From assembly GCF_006345805.1 (NCBI RefSeq), contig NW_021835057.1, positions 1 to 45,507 on the forward strand: DNA of 45,507 nucleotides. Direction: 5' to 3'. The stretch is from Octopus sinensis (taxonomy: Eukaryota). The notes below the pieces were generated by a model that was not told where the DNA came from, ran no database searches, and was given only the letters and a program-made list of their open reading frames with translations. A program made the translations under genes and the position numbers. Shown piece by piece: positions 35,544 to 45,507 of this stretch; within the stretch, counting starts at the first letter, position 1, and every line of letters starts with the position of its first letter.

Positions 35544-38500
35544 TTGGAATCCACTCTGCTCACCCTGAATTGGGAAGGGGCTAGAAAAGGTGCCCTAAAC
35601 ATAGTCTACTTCACCCCAATCCTGTCTGGAAAACCGCGTCCAGAGGGATCACCATTATGCGGTCGAAAATCAAGATCAAGATACGCAACACTGAAATTTG
35701 GGACCTGGAATGTCAGGACTCTCATAGATAACACCAACTCAGACAGACCCGAAAGGCGAACTGCAATCATCGCCCGGGAACTCCATCGATTCAATTTTGA
35801 CATCGTAGCTCTCAGTGAAACCCGGAGAGCCGGAGAAGGCCGGCTGAGAGAAGAAGGCGGTCAATACACCTTTTCCTGGAAAGGTTACGATCCCGACCAT
35901 TAACAGATCCATGGTGTGGGTTTTGCAATACGAAACACCATCCTATCCAAACTGACAGAGCAGCCCATCGGAATGTCCGCACGACTCATGACCCTCCGAA
36001 TCCAGCTTGTCAAAAGTCAGCACGCAACTATCATCAGCGTGTATGCTCCCACCCTTGATGCGGAGGATTTAGTCAAGGAAAAGTTTTACAGCCAGCTCGA
36101 CAGCATTCTCTCTACCGTCCCAAAGGACGACAAGATCATTCTCCTGGGAGATTTCAACGCCAGAGTTGGGAGAGATCGTGAACTCTGGACAGGAACCATC
36201 GGAAAGGAAGGAGTGGGAAAAGTCAATGCCAATGGAACTCTGCTGCTCACCAAATGTGCTGAACATAACCTGGTGATAACCAACACCCTTTTTCGCCAGA
36301 AGAATCGATATAAGGTCTCATGGCAGCATCCAAGATCTAAACAATGGCATCTCATCGACTCTGTCATCGTGAGATCCCGAGACCAGCAAGATGTGTTGCT
36401 CACCAGAGCCGCCACTGGAGCAGATGAGTGCTGGACAGATCATCGCCTCATTGCCTCCGCCATGAAAATCAAACTCCGACCAAAAGTGAAATATCACAGC
36501 AAGGAAAGCAGAGTAAAGAAATTCAACATCGAAGCACTGCAAGACCCAAAAACTCGTGTCGCTTTCCAGCAGTGCCTACAGTTCAATCTTCAAAATAAGA
36601 CTCCAAATAATCTCGTCGAAGAAAATTGGAACCAGCTGAAAGAAACCATCATCACCGCTTGCGAAGAAACCATCGGTCGCAAGAAAAGGAAACACCAGGA
36701 TTGGTTCGACGACAATGATGAAGCTCTCAAAGAACTGATCGACCAAAAATGGAAAGCTTTCATCAGCTCACAGAATGATCCAAAGTCTGCCACTAAACGA
36801 GAGTCTTTCAAGAAGTGCAAAGCCGCAGTTCAAAGGACAATCCGTACCCTGAAGAACCAGTGAGGGAGACACAAATCTCGTGAAATCCAGCAGCTAGCAG
36901 ATGTAAACGACACCAGAGGGTTCTTCAAAGCCACGAAAGAAATATACGGACCTTCCACACATGGACAGGCTCCTTTGAAGAGTAAAGACGGAGCGACCAT
37001 CCTGAAAAGCAACACCGAAATAGGAGACAGATGGAGAGAACACTTCGATGACCTCCTCAATCACAAAGCTACCTTTGACAAAAGCATACTTGACATGATC
37101 CCTAAAGAGGCCAAAGATTACTCTCTCGCTCGAATTCCATCCCTCGAAGAGGTCAAAATTGCTATCACAGCGATGAAGAACAACAAAGCCGTGGGGCCAG
37201 ACGGAATCCCAGCCGTGATCTACAAACTGGGAGGTGATTTTGTCCAATACCAGATCCACCAACTCTTGGTCAAAATCTGGACAAATGAAGTAGTACCATC
37301 CGACTTCAGGGATGCCAACATCATTACCATTTACAAAAGAAAGGGCGATCGTTCTGAGTGTGGAAATTACCGGGGTATTTCCTTATTGGCAACTGCTGGG
37401 AAGATTCTTGCACGCATCCTGAACAACCGTCTCAGAATGCTGTCAGAGAGGATCCTTCCTGAGACACAGACCGGCTTTAGGCCATCACGAAGCACAACCG
37501 ACATGATCTTCACGCTGCGACAGCTACAAGAAAAATGTCGTGAGCAACACCAACCGCTCTACTTGGCCTTTATCGACCTATCCAAAACCTCTGATGGTGT
37601 CTCGCGAGAGCTCCTCTGGGATATTCTCGCCCAGTATGGATGCCCAGATAAGTTCATCCGGATCCTCAAACTCCTCCACGACAATATGCACGCCAGAGTC
37701 CAGACCGACGGAGGCAGTTCTGAGCCCTTTAAAGTCACCTCCGGAGTGAAGCAAGGCTGCGTGATAGTGCCAACTCTCTTTACCATCTTTATCGCGACAG
37801 TGTTGCACATCATACGAGATGACCTTCCACCTGGCATCGAGATCTCGTACAGAATGGACGGCAAGCTTTTCAACCTCGCTCGTCTCAAAAGTACGTCAAA
37901 GACAATGGTGCGAAGCTTGCTAGAGTTCCAATATGCCGACGACAACAGTGTAGCAGCTCACAGAGAGGATCACGTCCAACAGATCCTAAATGCTTTTCAT
38001 CATGCATATACTAAACTTGGACTGAGCATCAACATCAAGAAGACTCACTTACTCTACCAACCTCCCCCCAATGCCAGTGTTGACAACCCGCCATCGATTC
38101 AACGCGAAGGAAATCCACTGGAAAATGTGAAGCACTTCTGCTACCTTGGGAGCCATCTGTCAGCAAAGGTAGACCTCAGCGATGAAATCCAACACCGTCT
38201 GAAGTGTGCAGGAACAGCTTTCGGCAAGCTTCGAACAAGAGTTTTTGCTGATCGGGACATCCGAACCGAAACCAAACTCATGGTGTACAGGGCAGTCATT
38301 ATTCCAACCCTCCTTTACGCATCCGAAACCTGGACCCCGTATAGTCACCATCTGAAAACGCTCGAGAAATTTCACTAATGCTGTCTTCGGAAGATCCTCA
38401 ACATCAGCTGGGAAGACAGAAGAACTAACGTCAGCGTGCTACAAGAAGCAAAAATGACCAGCATCGAAGCCTATGTCATCAAAGGCCAACTAAGATGGAG

Positions 38501-38882
38501 CGGCCACATGGTTAGAATGACTGACGAACGACTACCCAAAGAGATCTTCTACTCCCAACTCAAAGACGGCAAGCGTACAAAAGGAGGCCAGAAGAAACGC
38601 TACAAGGACTCCCTGAAATCGAACCTCAAAAAGTGTGACATTAACTTCACCAACTGGGAGGAAACGGCAAAAAACAGACCACTCTGGAAAACCACCATCC
38701 AAGAGGGAACGGCGAATTTCGAGTCGAAAAGGTCTGCAGAGCTGGAGGAGAAAAGACGACGACGGAAGGAGCGCCAACAACAACATCGTTCGACTCTCCC
38801 TTCCGGCACTAGATGTCTGCACTGTGACCGATCTTTTCGAGCAAGAATTGGTCTTATCAGTCACCTGCGGACTCACCAATAA
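35544..38882 (+). pseudogene. RTE APE-RT-C2H2 polyprotein, single frame with 3 premature stops
   Basis: ORFs at 35544, 35916, 36975 and 38436 share one frame; internal stops are at 35901, 36861 and 38376; no frameshift. Confidence 0.9.
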
Positions 38883-38958
38883 CTTTGCGCGAAGACCATC
38901 ATCCTCGACCTTGAGGGATTGCCATAGTAGTAGTAGCATGTATATGTATGTATATATA

Positions 38959-39018
<60 letters not shown>

Positions 39019-39281
39019 CATGCACACATATAACATATATATATATATTGTGTGTATATATATGTGTGTGTGTGTGTGTCTATATATAATTATTTCATAT
39101 ATATATTGTGCATACATTCTATATATAATATATATATTGTGTGTATATATATATATTGTATGTATATGTATATATATATGTCTATATCTATCTATCTATC
39201 TATCTATATATATATATATAGATAGATAGATAGATAGATAGATATACATTCTATGCATGTATATATATATATATATATATA

Positions 39282-40200
39282 AGTCTATAGGTATATGTAT
39301 AAGCAGCAGGAGTTGGACTCCATTTACAGATTGGCTGAGGATAATAATATGCAGTTTAATGCCGAAAAATTCCAAGCCCTGCGCCACCAGCATCAAAACC
39401 TAACTTACAGGCTACACTGGTCCACAGGGAATTTCAGTCCCAGAGCCTAAGTCAGTGAAGGACCTGGGTATAGAGATAAGTGATGATACCTCTTTCCAAG
39501 TGCTCAATACCAGGATGGCGACAAAGTGCAGATGACTGCCTGGATGGATCCTAAGAACATTCCGAACCAGAGATAAAGAAACCATGATGGTCCACTGGCG
39601 GACATTCATCCTTAGCCACCTGGATTACTGCTCACAGCTATGATCACCCACCAGTGGGAAATAAACAGCAGACCTTGAGGTAATCCAGAGAAGATTCACA
39701 AAGAAGATCATCTCTTTGCAACAGCACAGCTACTGGGAAAGGTTGAAACAGTTAAGACTCTACTCGCTGGAGAGAAGACGGGACAGGTATGCAGTAATAT
39801 ATATCTGGAAGATCCTGCCCAGAAGGCTGCACCAGGCTCCTATCTGATCAGGTAGGGTTTCTACCGCTGGATGCCCTCCTAACATCTACCACTCCAAGAG
39901 TGTAATGGGTACTTGTACGTGCCACCAGCACGGAGGCCAGTCATGTGGTACTGCCAATAGCCACACTCAAATGGTGTTTTTTATATGCCACCTGAACAGG
40001 AGCCAGTACAGCGGTACTGGCAACGTTCATGCCTGGATGGTGCTTTTAGTATTCCACTGGCGTGGTTGCCAGTCAGGCGGTGCTATCATCGGTCATCTCA
40101 ACGAATTTGATTTCGCTTGCCTCAACAGGTCCTCGCAAGCGAAGTTTAGTGTCCAATGAGAGACATGTACGGATATATACATATACATACACACACACAT
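39282..40200. repeat. Cassette copy III (truncated)
   Basis: Same start as the other copies; homology stops in the SSR just before the Helitron. Confidence 0.85.
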
Positions 40201-40206
40201 ATATAT

Positions 40207-40275
<69 letters not shown>

Positions 40276-40276
<1 letters not shown>

Positions 40277-40656
40277 CTCTCTCTATATAAACGGCAGTTT
40301 GTCTGTGCGTTTTCTGTGTGTCTGTTTTCTCGTATCCTCACCCTGACCACGGCTTTCAACCGATTCTGATGAAACTTGACACACACATAGCCCAATGTCA
40401 TAATTCAAAACTAACACAGCGAAAATTTTGAAAAGTTCCCCCAGTTCTGAAAAAAATCGATAAATTCGACATGGGGTCGAGAATCAGAAACACAAACCAC
40501 AGACTGTCTAGGGGACGCAACTCGACCTTTTTTAACTAAAAAAAAATTTACCATCATTTTTTTTCCATTTTTTTGCTATTTTTTGGCTATAACTCTCTAA
40601 AAATGCTTTATAGTTATTTCCCTTACAAACCCGAGCAACGCCGGGCGACACTGCTA

Positions 40657-40657
<1 letters not shown>
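40276..40657 (+). mobile_element. Non-autonomous Helitron
   Basis: 5' TC after A, 3' subterminal hairpin CCCGAGCAACGCCGGG (40630-40645) followed by terminal CTAG then T; no TIR or TSD. Confidence 0.8.
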
Positions 40658-40706
<49 letters not shown>

Positions 40707-40859
40707 AACTGTTGCTGTCAACTTCGTACGAAAAATGAATTGAAGCTAAGCAATTTTCATTTAATTTCAGCCCGTACCTACCACAATATTTATGTGCTAT
40801 TGATTTGATCTTTAGTTAGCCCTGTTTATTTCTATTATGTTAAGACTTTGTGTATTTCA

Positions 40860-41060
40860 GCCTCACGCCTCGTGTTTTATATATACATATAATTCTATAG
40901 TTCATCTTAATATATCGATGTCTCATGTCTTGTGTTAAATATATATATAATCCTATAGCTCACCCCTAATCTTATCGATCAGCCTCACGTCTCGTTAAAT
41001 ATAGAATAAATGTATTTATAATTTATAGCTCCTTATCGCTAAGATAAATATAGCTCACGC
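40860..41060 (+). repeat. Degenerate ~60-bp minisatellite (about 3 units)
   Basis: Recurring CCTCACGYCTCGTGTT...TATAAT..TATAG.TCA...TAAT..TATCGAT. Confidence 0.55.
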
Positions 41061-41129
41061 ATTTCCCATAGATAAGCAAAATATCTCTCTTTGAAATTTA
41101 GTTATTTTATACCTACTAATAAGTATTTC

Positions 41130-44100
41130 TCTCCAAGAAAGGAATGGCGCCCCTACATGGCTGCTAGTTTTCGCGGTGCACCCGCCAACGGTACAGGAAG
41201 TCCTAACTTTTCTCATCCTTGTCTCCCATGTACACTTCAAAGTCTTACGCCACCCCCACCTCCTTCCTTAACAGGTAGTGGTCATTCATTGCAAGATACG
41301 TTAGTGTTGTGTACCTGGTTTGAACTTGAGTTTTATTGTTTGTCTATGAATCCTGCCAAACGCGAGTTTTCTTTTCAGGTCCATGACGCTACTAGGGCCA
41401 ATACCTCCCACAACCTCAGGGTTGGCACCCTCAACGTTGGCACACCGAAAGGCAGATCTGGCGAGATTGTTGAATTGCTTGAACGGAGGTGTGTTGATAT
41501 ATGCTGCATTCAAGAAGTGAGGTGAAGAGGAGGTTCTGCTAGGTTCCTCACAGGCAAAGGACAGAGATACAAGATTTTCTGGGCTGGGAATACTGATGGG
41601 GTCGGGGGTGTGGGTATACTTATCGCCGAAAAATGGGTAGATAAGGTAATCAAGGTAGTCAGAGTATGTGACAGAATACTTAAGATTAGATTAGTGCTCC
41701 ATCATAGTTTAGCAACTATTATATCGGCCTATGCCCCTCAGCCAGGGCTACCTGATGGACAGAAAGACTGTTTCAATGACACCCTACTGCAGACCACCTC
41801 ATTGACGAACGACAGGGACCTTCTCTTTGTGGCTGGTGACTTCAATGGGCATTTTGGACGATATGATGGGGGCTTCCATGGCATGCATGGAGGCTACGGT
41901 TATGGTTACCGCAACGAGGAGGGAACCTAGCTGCTGGAGTTCTGCGATGCGAATAGTCTTATGGTTTGGAACACTAACTTCAGGAAACCGACAAGCCACC
42001 TGGTCACCTACCAATCGGGCCGGCATACTAGCCAAAACGACTACATCTTTGCCAGAAAAAGGGAAAGATGGCTGCTTATAAATGCCAAAACCTTCCCAGG
42101 CGAAGAATGTACCCTACAACATAGACTATTAGTTAGTGACTTTAGGATCAGGACAAAGAGGACAACTAGAAGACGACCAACATGGAGAAGAAGGGTCTGG
42201 AAGCTTAAAGATCCTGCGAATGGACAGTGATTTAGAGACATGTTACTTTTGACGAAATAGAAGTGGGTATAGCTACACATAGTGTAGAAGACAACTGGAC
42301 GCTTCTAAGGGACAACCTGCTGAAAGCCACTGACCAGATCTGTGGCTGGTGCAAAGTCCCCTCAAGACCCAAAATAACGTGGTGGTGGAACAATATTGTT
42401 GACAGGGCTATTAGACAAAAGAAACAGGCTTGGAAGGACTGGAAGAACGGCGGTAGCAGGGAAGTGTATCAGACTGCCAGAAGGGAAGCTAGGAGGCAGG
42501 TGTATTTAGCCAGAGGGGAAGCAGATAAGAAAAAATTTGCCAATGTCCTGCGCTGTAAGGATGAAAGACTTGAGGTATTTCGTGTTGCAAGACAGTGTGT
42601 GAGAGAGAATCATGACGTGGTAGGAGAGAAATGTGTTTGCAAGGATGATGGTTCACTTGCGCTGAATGAGGATGCAAAGAGAGAGGTTTGGAGACGCCAC
42701 TATGAAAGGTTGCTGAATGAGGAAAATGAATGGGATAAAGAGAGTCTGCCGAATGTCGACCCAACAGAGGGACCAGCAATCCGAGTTGACAGTTCCTTAG
42801 TAGTTAAAGCAATTACAAGCATGAAAACAGGGAAAGCCCCAGGCCCATCAGGTATTACCGCAGAGATGCTCAAAATATCTGGTAGTGTCGGCTATAGCCT
42901 AGTCACCCGTATAGTTAACCAGGTGATACACGAAGGAGTCATACCCAATGACTGGTGTAGCAGCATAATAGTCAACTGCTACAAAGGTAAAGGTGACGCC
43001 CTAGATACAAATAACTACAGAGGTATCAAGCTGCTGGATCAGGTAATGAAGGTTACGGAGAGGGTTATAGCCCAATTAATTAGAGAGAGAGTTAGCTTAG
43101 ATGAGATGCAGTTTGGTTTCGTGCCAGGGAAAAGTACCACTGATGCTATATTCCTGGTAAGACAGCTGCAGGAGAAATACCTAGCCAAAGATAGGCCTCT
43201 GTCCCTGGCTTTTGTTGACTTGGAGTAAGCCTTTGACAGGGTCTCCCGATCCCTTATCTGGTGGTCAATGAGGAAACTAGGGATAGATGAATGGTTAGTG
43301 AGAGCTGTGTGAGACATGTACAGAGACGCTGCTAGTAAGGTGAGGGTTGGCAACGAGTACAGTTAAATTCCGGGTTGAGGTTGGGGTCCACCAAGGTTCA
43401 GTCCTCAGTCCCCTCCTATTTATCATAGTCCTCCAGGCAATAACGGAGGAATTCAAGACAGGATGCGCCTGGGAGCTCCTCTATGCTGATGACCTTGCTC
43501 TAATTGCTGTGTCACTATCAGAACTGGAGGAGAAGTTTCAGGTGTGGAAGCAAGGTTTAGAATCGAAGGACCTTAGAATCAACCAAGCCAAAACCAAAGT
43601 CCTAATAAGTAGGAAAGTAGACAAGTCACAAACTCCTTCAGGTAGATGGTCCTGCTCGATCTGTAAAAAAGGCATAGGTAGAAACTCTATAAGGTGCACC
43701 AAGTGCAAGCTCTGGACACATAAGAGGTGTAGCAATGTCAAAGGAAAGCTAACTAGGAAAATAGTTTTTTTCTGTGGCAGATGCTCAGGAGCAATAAACA
43801 CTGAAAATGTGCAGAGGCCAACTTCTACCACGTTCCAGGGAGAAAAACTAGAAGTAGTTGATAGCTTCCGCTACCTAGGTGACCAAGTCAGTAGCGGGGG
43901 TGGGTGTGCTGAAAGTGTAACTGATAGAGTAAGAATAGCCTGGGCAAAGTTTAGAGAGCTCTTACCCCTGCTGGTGACAAAAGGCCTCTCGCTCAGAGTA
44001 AAAGGCAGACTGTATAATGCCTGTGTACGTACAGCCATGCTACTTGGCAGTGTAACATGGGCCGTGACTGCTGAGGATATGCGTATGCTCGCAAGAAATG

Positions 44101-45013
44101 AAGCCAGTATGCTCCGATGGATGTGTAAAGTCAGTGTGCATACTCGACAGTGTGTAAGTACCTTGAGAGAAAAGTTGGACCTAAGAAGCATCAGTTGTGG
44201 TGTGCAAGAGAGACGTCTGCACTGGTGTGGGCATGTGACGAGAATAGGTGTATATAGTTGTGTGCAAATGTGCCACACCCTAGCAGTTGAGGGAACCTGT
44301 GGAAGAGGTAGACCCAGGAAAACCTGGGACGAGGTGATGAAGCAAGACCTTCGAACTTTAAGTCTCACCAAGGAAATGACTAGAGACCGAGACCTATGGA
44401 AGTATGCTGTTCGTGAGAGGATCCTGCAAGACTAGTGAGACCATAACCCGTGGCCTCTACCTGGTATGTAGCCAGTCGACTTATATATACCTTTCCTTCT
44501 TGGGACACAAAGCTCCACTTGTGAAGACCCGTTGAGGCAAGTGAAAATCCAAAATCAAAATCCAAAATCAGAAAGCAGAACCAAAATCGAAGTCGATCAA
44601 CATCAATGGAAATTGCATCTGTGATATCAGTGCCGGTGACAAGTAAGCGAACCATCCGATCGTGGCCGTTGCCAGCCCACCTGGCTCCCGTGCCGGTGGC
44701 ACGTAAAAGCACCATCTGTTCGTGGCCGGTGCCAGCTACGCCTGGCTCCCGTGCCGGTGGCACGTGAAAAGCACCATGCGTCCGTGACCGTTTGCCAGCT
44801 CTGTCTGGCACCTGTGCGGGTGGCACGTAAAAAGCACCCACTACACTCACGGAGTGGTTGGCGTTAGGAAGGGCATCCAGCTGTAGAAACACTGCCAGAT
44901 TAGACTGGGCCTGATGCAGCCTTCTGGCTTCACAGACCCCAGTTGAACCGTCCAACCCATGCCAGCATGGAAAGCGGATGCTAAATGATGATGATGATGA
45001 TGATGATGATGAT
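41130..45013 (+). mobile_element. Near full-length RTE LINE, PHD-in-RT family (5' boundary approximate)
   Basis: APE (LRVGTLNVGT, CCIQEVR, AGDFNGH, NDYIF, LQHRL), RT and PHD (43653-43784) over ORFs 41091-44435 with several stops and two frameshifts; 3'UTR with tandem hairpin units; (GAT)n tail. Confidence 0.93.
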
Positions 45014-45039
45014 ATACACATAAATATATATATAAATAT

Positions 45040-45474
45040 ATAAAATTATAAATGAGGGTGAAAAATCGATATTAATTTAATAATACCATCAATTTAACAC
45101 CAATTTAGCACAAAAAACTACGGAGAAAATACAAATTTATACATAAATTATTAGAGAGTTATCCACCATGTGGATAACTCTAGTGCTAAAAATAGCTCCG
45201 AAGCAACCACAGAAGATCCGTTTCCAACTAGAATCAGCACACATTTAACTGAAGGAAAGTGAAATACAACGAATAAAATAGATTGACTCTATACAATTGT
45301 TTCATTACTAATGCAATATGTAGTTTTACTTACACTTGCATCCATAAATCTTCGGTAAATAATTTATGTATAAATTTGTATTTTCTCCGTAGTTTTTTGT
45401 GCTAAGCCACTTGGTGTTAAATTGATGGTATTATTAAATTAATATCGATTTTTCACCCTCATTTATAATTTTAT
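45040..45474. mobile_element. Foldback element with ~115-bp arms and an internal hammerhead-like motif, probably a Penelope pseudo-LTR relic
   Basis: 45040-45152 is the reverse complement of 45358-45474; internal palindrome AGAGTTATCCAC-CAT-GTGGATAACTCT at 45155-45181. Confidence 0.7.
45288..45359 (-). ncRNA. Hammerhead-ribozyme-like fold with palindromic stem III
   Basis: Minus strand: TTTA-CCGAAGA-[stem with ATGCAA/TTGCAT]-T-GAAA-CAATTG-T-A-TAGA; cleavage triplet GUA. Confidence 0.5.
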
Positions 45475-45507
45475 AAATTTAACCATGCGGCAGTTAATAT
45501 TTTATTT

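Larger units (their letters stand above)
35049..38936 (+). mobile_element. Full-length RTE-clade LINE, C2H2 family
   Basis: APE (FGTWNVRTL, LSET, LGDFNARVG, HLID, TDH), RT (NYRGISL, YADD, YLG) and C-terminal CLHCDRSFRARIGLISHLRTH. (TAG)4 tail at 38925-38936. Candidate 7-bp TSD GCATGTA at 35037-35043 and 38936-38942. Confidence 0.93.

Noticed and set aside
41140-41220. Possible HDV-like ribozyme at the 5' end of the PHD-family RTE
   Set aside because: GC-rich, but I could not build P1, P3 and P1.1 pairings.
41275-41378. GT...TTTTCTTTTCAG intron-like segment in the 5' part of the RTE
   Set aside because: The donor is weak, 104-nt removal creates an immediate stop, and the ORF reads through unspliced.
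44630-44850. Repeat-spacer-like pattern resembling a CRISPR array
   Set aside because: The units are degenerate, the intervening segments are homologous to each other, the context is eukaryotic, there are no cas genes, and it is part of a LINE 3'UTR.

Overview
Animal genomic DNA, very AT- and microsatellite-rich and dominated by transposons. The repeat content (RTE LINEs with (GAT)n tails, tRNA/CORE-type SINEs, Penelope-like elements) suggests a cephalopod, probably Octopus; this is inference, not a database result. The only host gene I can support is a minus-strand ankyrin-repeat gene with two coding exons (8340-8425 and 4690-4844) that splice in frame, plus a candidate 5'UTR exon at 13087-13193. 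The rest comprises two RTE LINE families (one with a PHD finger inside the RT domain, one with a C-terminal C2H2 finger and a nearly intact ORF), a near full-length CR1-type LINE, an R4/Dong fragment, a Penelope-like element with inverted terminal repeats, SINEs, a non-autonomous Helitron, several foldback/MITE elements, and a 2.3-kb cassette present four times between 18 and 40 kb. The most interesting signals are RNA folds read by eye: an HDV-like self-cleaving ribozyme fold at the 5' end of the near-intact RTE (35049-35132), and hammerhead-like folds sharing a non-canonical CCGAAGA core in two different elements (25547-25608 with its inverted copy 23605-23667, and 45288-45359). All alignments and folds were done by eye and need computational confirmation.
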